Shown here: positions 1 to 12,974 of the stretch, in pieces
Layout of the letters: each line of letters starts with the position of its first letter
How positions within the stretch are numbered: the stretch's first letter is position 1
Assembly (NCBI GenBank): GCA_038087875.1
Contig: JAXLNO010000480.1
Coordinates: 1 to 64,000, forward strand
Source of the DNA: Malacoraja senta
Taxonomy: Eukaryota
Reading direction: 5' to 3'
DNA: 64,000 bases
Position numbers and translations under genes: made by a program
Notes under the pieces: model-generated
The model's input: only the letters and a program-made list of their open reading frames with translations
The model's database searches: none
Told to the model about the DNA's origin: nothing

Positions 1-2024
1 TCCCCATCCAACCATCCACTCTCCACCGTCCCCCTACCCCTCACTCCCCCTGCCCCCACCCCCAACCCACATGACTCACCCCCCCACCCCCTCCCCCTCC
101 CACCCCACCGTCTACTCACACCCCTCTTACCCCACCCCACGCTCCCTACCCAAATCCCTCTCTCACGCCCTCCATTACCCCTCCCTCCCCCTCCCTCCCC
201 TCTCTCCCCCCACCCTTTCCACAACCCCTCTTCACCACTCCACCTACCCCCTCCCCCTCCCTCTCTCCCACTTCCACCACTCCCCTACACCTCTCCCCCT
301 CCCTCCCCATTCTTCCACATCCCCCCACCCCTCCCCATCTCCCTCCCCCACCCCTCTCCCCCCTCCCTTCCCTCTCCCCTCCCATCTTCCCACTCTCTCC
401 CCTACCCCTCTGCCCCTCCATCCACACTCTTCCCCATCTCCCTCCCCCACCCCTCTCTCCTCCCGTCCCCCTTCCCTCTCACCCCCACCCCCTTCTCCTA
501 CCCCTCTCTCCCTCTTCCACACTACCCACCTCCCCTCCCTCTCTCCCACTTCCACCACTCTTCCCTACACCTCTCCCCCTCCCACCCCATTCTTCCACTT
601 ATCACCCCCCATTCCTCCCCATCTCCCTCCCCCACCCCTCTCTCTCCCCCTCTCTTCCCCCTACCCCTCTCTCCCTTCCCCTCATCCCCCTCCCTCCCCA
701 ATCTTCCCCCTCTCTCCGCTCTCCCCCTCCCTCCACACTCTTCCCCCTCTCTCCGCACCCCTCTCCCTCCTCCCCTCCCACCCCCTCTTTTCCCCCTCCC
801 CACCTCTCTTCACCCCCATCTCCCTCCCACCCCCTTCCCCTCTCTCTTGCACCACTCCCCGCTCCCCCTCTCCCCCTCACTCCCCACTCTTCCCCTCTCC
901 CTCCCCCACCTCTCTCCCTCGCCCCTCCCTCTCTCTCCCCCTCTCCTACTCCTCTCTCCCATTCCCCTCATCCCCTCTCTCCACCTCTAACACCCCTCCC
1001 CCCTCTCTCACCCCCCTACCCCTCTCCCCCCTTCCTGCTCTCCACGCTCTCCTCCCACTCCCCACTCTCCTCCCCCTCCCTCTCCCCCACCCTGCTCTCC
1101 TCTCCCTCCCCAATCTCTCTCCTTTCCTCCTCCCCCTCTCCCCTCCCTCCCCCTCTCCCCTCCCTCCCCCTCTCCCCTCCCTCCCCTCTTCTGTCCCCAC
1201 CCCGTCTCCCTCTCTCCCCCTCCCCCGCCTGGGTGTTTGGGGGGTGGTTGGTGTGAGTGTGATGCCGCAGCCCCCCCCCCCCGCAAACGCGCATTGGGGA
1301 AACAGCCCGCCAACAGTCTCTCTGTCTTTAAGAAGGAACTGCAGATGCTGGAAAATCAAAGGTACACAAAAAAAAAGCTGGAGAAACTCAGCGGTTGCAG
1401 CAGCATCTATGGATCGAAGGAAATGGGCAACGTTTTCGGGCCGAAACCCGTCTGAAGATGGATTTCGGCCCAAAACGTTGCCTATTTCCTTCGCTCCATA
1501 GATGCTGCTGCACCCGCTGAGTTTCTCCAGCTTTTTTTTGGTGTACCAGTCCCTCTGTCTCTCCCCTCTCTCTCTCTCTCTGCCCTTCTCTCTTCACAGC
1601 CCGCGGCTCGACTCATGCACGCCCGCTCCAACACCCTCCTCCTCTCTCCCCCATCCCTCTCCCCCCCTCTCCTCTCTCCCCCTCCTCTCCCCCCTTCCTC
1701 TCCCCCTTCCTCTCCACCCTCCTCACAATTTTTTTTTTCAAACATTAAATTTTCTCTCTCTGCCCCCCCCCTCGAGACGCACCTGAGAGGTGAGGGCTAT
1801 TCGTCAGTGGATAGGGTGGAGGTGGTATAAAAGAAGCCAATTAAAAAATGAATATAATATCAAGGGGTGTGATGAGTGTGTGTGTTTGGTGGGTGCCAGA
1901 TTCCCACCCCGCAACCGAGCTTTGGAGGAACAGACCCAACATTGGTTAGTGTGACGCCTCAGCCCCCCCCCCCCCGCAAACGCACATTGGGGAAACAAAC
2001 CCAACGGGTCTGCACTTGGTCTAG
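1..2024 (+). mobile_element. Non-autonomous Helitron-like element, 3' part (mirror of 5241-8972)
   Basis: Ends in cccaacgggtctgcacttggtCTAG|T at 2021-2025. Interior is C-rich low-complexity DNA. Confidence 0.65.
1329..1547. mobile_element. Penelope-derived palindromic element (mirror copy ~5720-5940)
   Basis: aagaaggaactgcagatgctgg...gagaaactcagcgg...tctgaagatgg...ccgctgagtttctccagc. Self-complementary arms around a CTGAAGA motif. Confidence 0.7.
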
Positions 2025-3277
2025 TTTCAATTAAAGACACTTGAACAGGTTCATGGAAAGGAAAGGTTTCGAGGGATATGGGGCAAAGGGAACTAAGTTT
2101 GATGAGGAAACTAGGTCAGCATGGACGTGTTGCAGCTGTTTCTGTGCTGTACGACTGTGGTTCCATATGTTTTGTTCTCACGCATTAAAAACAAATTACA
2201 CAATAGAATTATACGGAATTACTTTTAAATGTAAAGGGTAAATAGAGAAGTTGTTTCTGAAGATAACATCAGCGTAAAAGAGGAAGGATCTGTGTTAGGC
2301 CATGTTTACACTTGTTTAGGATGTGGGCCTCACTGCTCAAGCTTCCATTTTTAGCCCATGAGGATGTGAACATCCTTACGTAGCCAGTGAATGATGTTCC
2401 CACTGTGCTCTTGATAGGAATGAAGGAACAGCAATGGATTTCAAAGTCATGACTGGAGAGGCACCCACAGCATGTGGTGATCCCATGGGCCTGTTGCCAT
2501 TGTCTTTCTTGGTTGATGGGATCACTGATATGAGAGGTGTTATTGAAGTAGCCTTGGCAATGAACATTGAGACACCTTGCGGTGGTTGATTGAGACCGAG
2601 ATCACTGTACACAAGTGGTGGAAACAAAGAAGATTACAGTAGTAGATGGGGACATGCTATGTCCTGGATGATGTTGTGCTTCTTCAGTATCACTGGAGTA
2701 ACATTCATCAAGGCATTGTTCCCCCTCCTGAATTGGGCCTTGCCGCTGATGGAGAGGTTTTGTGGTGTCAGGAATTGCTTGCCCCATGATAACAAGAAAT
2801 GAATCACCTTCCTTTATCGATACTGCTTCTTAATGCTGCAACTCCCTACCTAGTATAACTGTGGGAGTATTTTCACCGGAAGGAATGGAAAGGTTTAGGA
2901 AAGCAATCTACCACTGTCTTGAGTACAATTAACAATGGGGGGAAACCACTAACCTTGACAGTGATGCTCAAATTGTCGAGAATAACTGAATGATAAAGAA
3001 ATGCTTCACAAGTAAAATCAAGTACATGTGGATTAATGATATTCAAATACTTACAAATACTTTATAATTTTGGAGGTTCCACAACACTTGTAAAGGGAGC
3101 AGTGTCAATAGAACCTCTTCACAATCTCTCTTAAATCCCCACTACCCAGCTTCCTAACAATCTCAACCTTTTCTTTACTTTTGTCAAAATCCACAGAGTG
3201 AAATTGTTCAGTTTAAAATTATCCAAGTTTCTCCTCTCCCTCTAGTGACTAACCTCATGTTCCCATATCTCACCTGA

Positions 3278-3985
3278 CATAGAAACAGAGAAACATAGAC
3301 AATAGGTGCAGGAGTCAGCCAGTCGGCCCTTCGAGCCAGCACCGCCATTCATTGTGATCATGGTTGATCATCCACAATCAGTAGCCTGTTCCTGCCTTCT
3401 CCCCATATCCCTTGATTCTGCTCGCCCCTAGAGCTCTATCTAACTCTCTTTGAAATTCATCCAGTGAAATGGCATCTACTGTCTTCTGTGACTGAAATCC
3501 TAACGGGAATCACAAAATTCAAGAGAGAGTTAGATTTAGCTCTTAGTGCTATCGGAATCAAGGGGTATGGGGAGAAAGCAGGAACGGGGTACTGATTCTG
3601 GATGATCAGCCATGATCATATTGAATGGCAGTGCTGGCTCGAAGGGCCGAAGGGCCGAATGGCCGAGTCCTGCACCTATGTTCTATGTTTCTATGAATGT
3701 GAGATTCAGGCAACGGACACAGCAGCAGTGTGGAGCGGCCGGGAATTTTGTGATTCCCGTTGGGATTTCAGTCGCAGAAGACAGTAGATGCCATTTCACT
3801 GGATGAATTTCAAAGAGAGTTAGATAGAGCTCTAGGGGCGAGCAGAATCAAGGGATATGGGGAGAAGGCAGGAACAGGCTACTGATTGTGGATGATCAAC
3901 CATGATCACAATGAATGGCGGTGCTGGCTCGAAGGGCCGACTGGCCTACTCCTGCACCTATTGTCTATGTTTCTCTGTTTCTATG
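3278..3985. mobile_element. Three CR1/HER1 LINE 3' ends at the palindrome centre: 3278-3520 (-), 3521-3695 (+), 3743-3985 (+)
   Basis: Encode ...RELDxAL...GIKGYGEKAGTGY-like C-termini, followed by gaagggccgaatggc and (tttctatg)n tails. Confidence 0.85.
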
Positions 3986-5240
3986 TCAGGTGAGATATGG
4001 GAACATGAGGTTAATCACTAGAGGGAGAGGAGAAACTTGGATAATTTTAAACTGAACAATTTCACTCTGTGGATTTTGACCAAAGTAAAGAAAAGGTTGA
4101 GATTGTTAGGAAGCTGGGTAGTGGGGATTTAAGAGAGATTGTGAAGAGGTTCTATTGACACTGCTCCCTTTACAAGTGTTGTGGAACCTCCAAAATTATA
4201 AAGTATTTGTAAGTATTTGAATATCATTAATCCACATGTACTTGATTTTACTTGTGAAGCATTTCTTTATCATTCAGTTATTCTCCACAATTTGAGCATC
4301 ACTGTCAAGGTTAGTGGTTTCCCCCCATTGTTAATTGTACTCAAGACAGTGGTAGATTGCTTTCCTAAACCTTTCCATTCCTTCCGGTGAAAATACTCCA
4401 CAGTTATACTAGGTAGGGAGTTGCAGCATTAAGAAGCAGTATCGATAAAGGGAAAGGTGATTCATTTCTTGTTATCATGGGGCAAGCAATTCCTGACACC
4501 ACAAAACCTCTCCATCAGCGGCAAGGCCCAATTCAGGAGGGGGAACAATGCCTTGATGAATGTTACTCCAGTGATACTGAAGAAGCACAACATCATCCAG
4601 GACATAGCATGTCCCCATCTACTACTGTAATCTTCTTTGTTTCCACCACTTGTGTACAGTGATCTCGGTCTCAATCAACCACCGCAAGGTGTCTCAATGT
4701 TCATTGCCAAGGCTACTTCAATAACACCTCTCATATCAGTGATCCCATCAACCAAGAAAGACAATGGCAACAGGCCCATGGGATCACCACATGCTGTGGG
4801 TGCCTCTCCAGTCATGACTTGGAAATCCATTGCTGTTCCTTCATTCCTATCAAGAGCATTGTGGGAGCATCATTCACTGGCTACGTAAGGATGTTCACAT
4901 CCTCATGGGCTAAAATGGAAGCCTGAGCAGTGAGGCCCACATCCTAAACAAGTGTAAACATGGGCTAACAAGATCCTTCCTCTTTTACGCTGATGTTATC
5001 TTCAGAAATAACTTCTCTATTTACCCTTTACATTTAAAAGTAATTCCGTATAATTCTATTGTGTAATTTGTTTTTAATGCGTGAGAACAAAACATATGGA
5101 ACCACAGAGTCGTACAGCACAGAAACAGCTGCAACACGTCCATGCTGACCTAGTTTCCTCATCAAACTTAGTTCCCTTTGCCCCATATCCCTCGAAACCT
5201 TTCCTTTCCATGAACCTGTTCAAGTGTCTTTTAATTGAAA

Positions 5241-8200
5241 CTAGACCAAGTGCAGACCCGTTGGGTTTGTTTCCCCAATGTGCGTTTGCGGGGGGGGGGG
5301 GGGGGGCTGAGGCATCACACTAACCAATGTTGGGTCTGTTCCTCCAAAGCTCGGTTGCGGGGTGGGAATCTGGCACCCACAAACACACACACTCATCACA
5401 CCCCTTGATATTATATTCATTTTTTAATTGGCTTCTTTTATACCACCTCCACCCTATCCACTGACGAATAGCCCTCACCTCTCAGGTGCGTCTCGAGGGG
5501 GGGGGGGCAGAGAGAGAAAATTTAATGTTTGAAAAAAAAAATTGTGAGGAGGGTGGAGAGGAAGTGGGGAGAGGAAGGGGGGAGAGGAGGGGGAGAGAGG
5601 AGAGGGGGGGGAGAGGATGGGGGAGAGAGGAGGAGGGTGTTGGAGCGGGCGTGCATGAGTCGAGCCGCGGGCTGTGAGAGAGAAGGGCAGAGAGAGAGAG
5701 AGAGGGGAGAGACAGAGGGACTGGTACACAAAAAAAAGCTGGAGAAACTCAGCGGGTGCAGCAGCATCTATGGAGCGAAGGAAATAGGCAACGTTTTGGG
5801 CCGAAATCCATCTTCAGACGGGTTTCGGCCCGAAACGTTGCCCATTTCCTTCGATCCATAGATGCTGCTGCAACCGCTGAGTTTCTCCAGCTTTTTTTTT
5901 GTGTACCTTTGATTTTCCAGCATCTGCAGTTCCTTCTTAAAGACAGAGTGACTGTTGGCGGGCTGTTTCCCCAATGCGCGTTTGCGGGGGGGGGGGGGGG
6001 CTGCGGCATCACACTCACACCAACCACCCCCCAAACACCCAGGCGGGGGGAGGGGGAGAGAGGGAGACGGGGTGGGGACAGAAGAGGGGAGGGAGGGGAG
6101 AGGGGGAGGGAGGGGAGAGGGGGAGGGAGGGGAGAGGGGGAGGAGGAAAGGAGAGAGATTGGGGAGGGAGAGGAGAGCAGGGTGGGGGAGAGGGAGGGGG
6201 AGGAGAGTGGGGAGTGGGAGGAGAGCGTGGAGAGCAGGAAGGGGGGAGAGGGGTAGGGGGTGAGAGAGGGGGGAGGGGGTGTTAGAGGTGGAGAGAGGGG
6301 ATGAGGGGAATGGGAGAGAGGAGTAGGAGAGGGGGAGAGAGAGGGAGGGGCGAGGGAGAGAGGTGGGGGAGGGAGAGAGGTTGAGTGGGGAGTGAGGGGG
6401 AGAGGGGGAGCGGGGAGTGGTGCAAGAGAGAGGGGAAGGGGGTGGGAGGGAGATGGGGGTGAAGAGAGGTGGGGAGGGGGAAAAGAGGGGGTGGGAGGGG
6501 AGGAGGGAGAGGGGTGCGGGAGAGAGGGGGAAGAGTGTGGAGGGAGGGGGAGAGCGGAGAGAGGGGGAAGATTGGGGAGGGAGGGGGATGAGGGGAAGGG
6601 GAGAGAGGGGTAGGGGGAAGAGAGGGGGAGAGAGAGGGGTGGGGGAGGGAGATGGGGAGGAATGGGGGGGGTGATAAGTGGAAGAATGGGGTGGGAGGGG
6701 GAGAGGTGTAGGGAAGAATGGTGGAAGTGGGAGAGAGGGAGGGGAGGTGGGTAGTGGTGGAAGAGGGAGAGAGGGGTAGGAGAAGGGGGTGGGGGTGAGA
6801 GGGAAGGGGGACGGGAGGAGAGAGGGGTGGGGGAGGGAGATGGGGAAGAGTGTGGATGGAGGGGCAGAGGGGTAGGGGGGAGAGAGTGGGAAGATGGGAG
6901 GGGAGAGGGAAGGGATGGGGGAGAGGGGTGGGGGAGGGAGATGGGGAGGGGTGGGGGGATGTGGAAGAATGGGGAGGGGAGGGGGAGAGGTGTAGGGGGA
7001 GTGGTGGAAGTGGGAGAGAGGGAGGGGGAGGGGGTAGGCGGAGTGGTGGAAGAGGGGTTGTGGAAAGGGTGGGGGGAGAGAGGGGAGGGACGGGGAGGGA
7101 GGGGTAATGGAGGGCGAGAGAGAGGGATTTGGGGGAGGGAGCGAGGGGTGGGGTAAGGGGGGTGAGAAGTGGAAGAGTGGGGAGGGAGGGGTAGGGGGAG
7201 TGGTGGATGAGGGACAGAGGGTTGGGGGAGGGGGCAGGGGGAGAGAGGGTAGGGGGACGGGAGGAGAGAGGGATGGGGAGGGGGAGAGAGGGTGGGGGAG
7301 AGAGGTGTGGGGGAGGGATGGGGTAGGGAGGGGATTTGGGGAGATGGGGTAGGGGGAGGGAGGGGGAAGAGTGTGTAGGGAGAAGGGGGTGGGGGAGAGA
7401 GGGATGGGGTGGGAGGAAGAGGAGAGGTGAAGGAGATGGAGAGGGGGAGGAGAGAGGGGTGGGGGACGGGAGGAGAGAAGGATGGGGATGGGGAGAGAGG
7501 GGAGGGGGAAGGGGGAGGGAGGGGAGGAGGGAGATGGGGTAGGGGAGGGAGGGAGAAGAGTGTGGAGGGAGGGGGAGAGGGGTGGGGAGAGAGGGGAAAG
7601 GGTGTGGGAGGGAGAGTGGGAGGGGGAGGGGGGAGACAAGTGGAAGAGTGGAGAGGGAGCGGTAGGGTGAGTGGTGGAAGAGGACAGAGGGGGAAGGGGG
7701 CGGGGGAGAGAGGGAAGGGAGGTGGGGGAGAGAGGGATGTGGGTGGGAGGAGGTGGGGGAGGAGAGTGCGAGGGGTGAAGAGAGGGAGATGGAGAGGGGG
7801 AGGTGTGGGGGAGGAGGAGGGAGGCGAGAAGGGAGGGAGGCGAGAAGGGAGATGGGGTAGGGGGTAGAGGGGGAAGAGTGTGGATGGAGGGGGAAGAGTG
7901 GGGAGGGGGCAGGGGGTGGGAGAGAGAGGTAGGGGGTGGGGGAGGCAAGGGGTGGGGGAGGGAAGGGGTGGGGGAGGGAAGCGGGTGGAGGAGGGGGAGG
8001 GAAGGGGGGAGAGGGAAGGGGGTGGGGGAGAGAGGGATGGAGAGGGAGAGAGGTGTGGAGAAGGGGGGATCGATGGGGAGGGAGGGGAGGAGGGAGATGG
8101 GATAGGGGGAGAGAGGGGGAAGAGTGGGGAGGGGGAAGGGGGTGGGGGAGAGAGGGATCGGGGTGGGAGGAGGAGAGGAGAGAGAGGGAGAGGGAGGGAG

Positions 8201-8972
8201 ATGGGGAAGAGAGGGGAGTGAGAGGGAAGGGAGGGGGGGAGAGGGGTTGGGGAGGGAGATGGGATGGGGTTGGGAGATAAGTGGAAGAATGGGGAGGGAG
8301 GGGGAGAGGTGTAGGAGTGGGGAGAGAGGGGGAGGGGGTGAGGGGTAGGGGGAGGTGGTGGAAGAGGGACAGCGGGGTAGGGGAAGGGGTGAGGGAGTGA
8401 GAGGGATTGGGGAGGGAGAGATAGAGGGGTGGGGTAAGGGGGAGAGTTGGAAGAGTGGGGAGGGAGGGGAAGGTGGAGTGGTGGATGAGGGACAGAGGGG
8501 TAGGGGAAAGGGGGCGGGGAGAGAGGGAAGGGGGACGGGAGGAGAGAGGGAGGGGGAGGGGGAGAGAGGTGTGGGGAGAGGGGGGAGGATGCGGAGGGAG
8601 GGGGATTAGGGAGATGGGGTAGGGGTGGGAGGGGGAGAGTGCGGAGGCAGAAGGGGGTGGGGGAGAGAGGGGAGGAGAGGGAGATGGAGAGGGGGGAAGG
8701 TGGGGATGGGGAGATGTGGAGGGAGGGGAGGAGAGGGAGAGAGGGAAGGGGGTGGGAGGAGGAGGGGAGGAGAGGGAGAGGGTGAGGGAGGGGGGGGGGA
8801 GAGGGGATGGAGAGGGAGAGAGGTGTGGGGGAGGGGTGGATGGAGGGAGAGGGAGGGGAGGAGGGAGATGGGGTAGGGGAGAGAGGGGGAAGAGTGTTGA
8901 GGGAGGGGGAGAGGGGTGGGGGAGAGGGTGGAAAATGTGGGGAGGACCACAACAAAAAGTTTTAAATATAGA
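5241..8972 (-). mobile_element. Non-autonomous Helitron-like element (~3.7 kb) filled with polypurine/polypyrimidine low-complexity sequence
   Basis: Minus strand begins TCTATATTTAAAAC (8972) and ends ttggtCTAG|T (5241). No TSD. The homologous empty flank at ~12900-12920 reads aaca^tttcaatt on the minus strand (A^T target). Confidence 0.68.
6043..8940. repeat. G/A-rich low-complexity tract (mirror C/T-rich tract at 1-1228)
   Basis: Almost only G and A, with degenerate internal units. Source of the spurious Pro- and Gly-rich ORFs. Confidence 0.95.
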
Positions 8973-9026
8973 CTAGACCAACTTGGAGATGTTGCATTCA
9001 ATTCCCTCGTCCCAAACATTAATATA

Positions 9027-9292
9027 CAGTGGCTTGCAAAAGTATTCAAACCCTTGAACTTTTCCACATTTTGTCACGTTACAACCACAAAGTAATTGCA
9101 CGCCACCTTTTCAGTTTTTTAATTTTAAAAAAATTTGAGAACCATGTATCATTTTCCTTCCACTTCACAATTATGCGCCACTTTGTGATGGTCTATCACA
9201 TAAAATCCCAATAAAATACAGTTACGTTTGTGGTTATGACGTGACTAAATGTGCCAAAGTTCAATGGGGTATGAAACTTTTGCAAGCCACTG
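9027..9292. mobile_element. Tc1/mariner non-autonomous element (266 bp) inserted in a CR1 fragment (~8982-9388, -)
   Basis: TA|CAGTGGCTTGCAAAAGT...ACTTTTGCAAGCCACTG|TA, i.e. TIRs plus TA TSD. Confidence 0.9.
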
Positions 9293-9859
9293 TATATTGT
9301 AAATAGCTGGTGTCCAGCACTGAGCCTTGCGGTACCCCACTAGTCACCACCTGCCATTCTGAAAAGGACCCGTTTACTTCTACTCTTTCACTTGTCTTGG
9401 CAGAAAAACCAGATCATTTTTCCAAGACATGGACACCATTCCATTGATTTATTACAAGGATAGTATGGCTCAACACAACTTTGGATTTCAATCTAATTAC
9501 GGGTTGGGTGAGGTGGGTGGGGAGGGACGAGAGGCAGGTATACCAACACTTTCTTTCTCTTTTCTTTTTGTCCTTTTATTTTTTTCTAATCCTCTCTTCT
9601 TTCTTTCTTTTATCCACTCTTTGGCTACACTTTGGCAGTCTAGGGGTTCTATCTTTGGACATTTCACTTTGTCTCTTTCCTGCTTTTTCTCCTTCCTTTT
9701 CTTCCAACTAAAGCTAAAAAGTTAAAATTGAACCTGTACCATAACTGTGTTATTTTATAAGCCTTGGTTCTATTTTGTTCCTTTGCTTTGAATAAATAAA
9801 AAATAAATAATTTAAAAACTATTTTTACGTAATCAGACATCAGCTTATTTTACTTCGAC

Positions 9860-10213
9860 CCTGCACCGCCATTCAATATGATCATGGCTGATCATCCAAC
9901 TCAGTATCCCGTACCTGCCTTCTCTCCATACCCCTGATCCCTTTAGCCACAAGGGCCACATCTAACTCCCTCTTAAATATAGCCAATGAACTGGCCTCAA
10001 CTACCTTCTGTGGCAGAGAATTCCACAGATTCACCACTCTCTGTGTGAAAATGTTTTTCTCATCTCGGTCCTAAAAGATTTCCCCCTTATCCTTAAACTG
10101 TGTGACCCCTTGTCCTGGACTTCCCCAACATCGGGAACAATCTTCCTGCATCTAGCCTGTCCAACCCCATAAGAATTCTGTAAGTTTCTATAAGATCCCC
10201 CCTCAATCTTCTA
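9860..10213 (-). mobile_element. CR1/HER1 LINE 3' fragment
   Basis: Nearly the same sequence as the 3' ends at 23130-23470 and 32024-32370. Confidence 0.88.
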
Positions 10214-10336
10214 TAATAATAAACATGATATTATGGTGTGTAACCTTTAACTGTAGCTGGAAAATAAGGGTGGCGAAATAGAGTGAGTTAGAGGGACAGC
10301 TGGGAGATTAGAGTGATAGTTGGAATTTAAGGGTGG

Positions 10337-11016
10337 CAAAGTAAAGTAAAGTAAAGTACATTTATTTATATAGCACTTTTCAATCAATTTCAATCAATGA
10401 AGCCAAAGTGCTTTACAGAGAAAATTATCGGTAGAAAAAAAGACACATCACACTATAAGAAATTCAACACGGACATCCCCCCACAGCAGAGTCGACACTC
10501 TCCACTGTGAGGGAAAGGCACCAAAATGTCCAGTCCTCCTCCTATTCCACTCGAGTTCGGGGCCAGTTTGAGGCCTCCGCAGCCAGTCGCCGCAACGGCA
10601 GCCCGATGTTGTAGGCCCACCTGCCGGGAAGCTGGACCACCGGCATCAGGTGGTAGGTCCTCAGCGGCTTGGAAGTGTCTGGAGCGGCCGCTCCTTCCCC
10701 GGAGACTGCGACGCCCGTTGGAGCTTCGACTCTGACTCCGTGGTGTTTTCGATCCAGTGCCGCCCGCCCGCCCGCTGCGGGACGCCCTCAGACCGCAGAC
10801 ATCGCCCGCTCCTTGTTGGTGTCCCAGCGCTGTGCCGCCGAAGCTGTGGTCCCGGCAGGAAACGCCGCTCCAGCCCGATGGAAGGCCGCATGGGGAGAGC
10901 GAAGATGCGATTTGGAGGAAAACCACATCTCCAACCAGGTAGAACTGGGGTTAAAACAGTCCCCCCCCCCACCCCCACCCCCCACATAGAAAGAATAGAC
11001 CTCCAAATAAAAGTTA
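10337..11016 (-). mobile_element. Probable LINE 3' UTR fragment (GC-rich, (TACTT)n tail); related piece at ~49878-50600
   Basis: aaagtaaagtaaagta tail followed by tttatttatatagcact. Family not assigned. Confidence 0.45.
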
Positions 11017-12155
11017 TAGACAATAAAAAGGGACACTTACGTAAGAATGCTGTTCATCGATTACAGCTCAGCATTCAACACCATCATACCCTCTAAACTG
11101 ATCAACAAATTCGGTGACCTAGGCATCGACCCCTCCCTCTGCAACTGGATACTGGACTTTCTAACGAACAGACCCCAGTCTGTTAGGTTAGACAAGCACA
11201 CCTCTTCAACCCTCACCCTGTGTGCTGAGTCCCCTCCTCTACTCCCTATTCACCTATGACTGCACACCTGTACATGGTACTAACACCATCATCAAGTATG
11301 CAGATGATACAACAGTGATTGGCCTCATCAGCAACAACGATGAGTCGGCCTATAGGGAGGAGGTCCAGCTCCTAGCAGCATGGTGCGCTGACAACAACCT
11401 GGCCTGTAACTACAAGAAGACCAAGGAGCTCATTGTAGACTTCAGGAAGTCTAGGGGCGGCACGCACACCCCCATCCACATTAACGGGACGGAGGTGGAA
11501 CGTGTTTCCAGCTTCAGGTTTCTGGGGATCAACATCTCCGATGACCTCTCTTGGACCCACAATACCTCAACTCTGGTTAAGAAGGCTCACCAGCGTCTCT
11601 TCTTCCTGAGGAGACTAAAGAAGGTCCATCTGTCTCCTCAGATTCTGGTGAACTTCTACCGCTGCACCATCGAGAGCATCCTTACCAACTGTGTCACAGT
11701 ATGGTATGGCAACTGGTCTGTCTCCGACCGGAAAGCACTGCAGAGGGTGGTGAAAACTGCCCAACGCATCACCGGTTCCTCACTCCCCTCCATTGAGTCT
11801 GTCCAAAGCAAGCGTTATCTGCGAAGGGCACTCAGCATGGAGGACTGCTCTCACCCCAGCCACATACTGTTTTCCCTCCTACCATCCGGCAGGCGCTACA
11901 GGTCTCTCAGTTGCCAGACCAGCAGGTCCAGGAACAGCTACTTCCCTGCGGCTGTTACACTACTCAACACTGTACCTCGGTGACCGCCAATCAACGCCAC
12001 CCCCCCCCCCAGACACTCCTCCCACCAGGATTTATTAGATTTATTTACTGCTCATATTTATGTCGCTCTTCTAGGGAGATGCTAACTGCATTTCGTTGTC
12101 TCTGTACTGTACACTGCACAACGACAATAAAGTTGAATCTGAATCTGAATCTGAA
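11017..12155 (+). mobile_element. Rex1/Babar-type LINE, 5'-truncated RT
   Basis: [55 protein letters not shown]; (aatctg)n tail at 12135-12155. Confidence 0.88.
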
Positions 12156-12156
12156 T

Positions 12157-12529
12157 TCCCCCATATTGTGTGAATTCTGCAGAGAAATACAATTCATTTT
12201 TATTGCTGCTAACCCTCTGTTTTGATATTTTTCCCCAGCTCCTGAATCTGTCTCATCTCCCCCTCCAACCCACACTGTCTGTCATTCTCACATTCTAAAC
12301 ACTGGGATCATCACACTGTCTTATCTGGTGCAAACAGAAGTGTAAACATGGCATAACACAGATCCTTCCTCTTTTACGCTGATGTTATCTTCAGATACAA
12401 CTTCTCTATTTACCCTTTACATTTAAAAGTAATTCTGTATTATTCTATTGTGTAATTTGTTTTAAATACATGAGAACAGAACATATCTGTGTGTGCTGAG
12501 GATGCATTTATTATAAGGATAGTAACTAA
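12157..12529. repeat. Local inverted duplicate of ~27855-28290; partly also at ~2170-2310 and ~4950-5095
   Basis: Shared unique blocks such as tttaaatgtaaagggtaaatagaga and gaattcacacaatatgggg in opposite orientation. Confidence 0.85.
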
Positions 12530-12974
12530 AAGACAGAGAAGCTCAAGTATCTGTGTTTGTAAGTGATTGGGATAAATTGTGGCAGATAATCTACAGTTTG
12601 GTGCAAAGGAGAAGATTTATTCCAATTAGTTTTTACTAATATCAGCATCAAAGTCAATATTTATTATCCATCCCTAACTACCTTGGAGAAGATGGTGGTG
12701 AGCTGCCTTCTTGAAGTTCGTCAATACTTTTGGTGAAGATGCTCTCACACAGCTATCAGGACTAAGTCAGAGTCATGCAACCACAGGTACAGCACAGAAA
12801 CAGCTGCAACACGTCAATGCTGACCTAGTTTCCTCATCAAACTTAGTTCCATTTGCCCCATATCCCTTGAAACATTTCCTTTCCATGAACCTATTCAAGG
12901 GTCTTTTAATTGAAATGTTAGTACTTGCTTCAACTACCTCCTCTGGCAGCTCATCACATATACCTTCTACCCTT

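Larger units (their letters stand above)
120..7170. repeat. Large inverted duplication: left arm ~120-3520, right arm 3743-~7170, ~220-bp spacer
   Basis: Mirror ORFs (2376..2627- vs 4637..4888+; 2590..2802+ vs 4462..4674-). Junctions ...cacaaaattc(3520) and gaattttgtg(3743). Arms differ by scattered substitutions and homopolymer indels; outer limit approximate. Confidence 0.93.

Noticed and set aside
71..8955. Long Pro/Ser/Leu-rich and Gly/Glu/Arg-rich ORFs (476, 726 and 1068 aa)
   Set aside because: Products of stop-poor C/T and G/A low-complexity DNA; open in several frames and mirrored by the palindrome.
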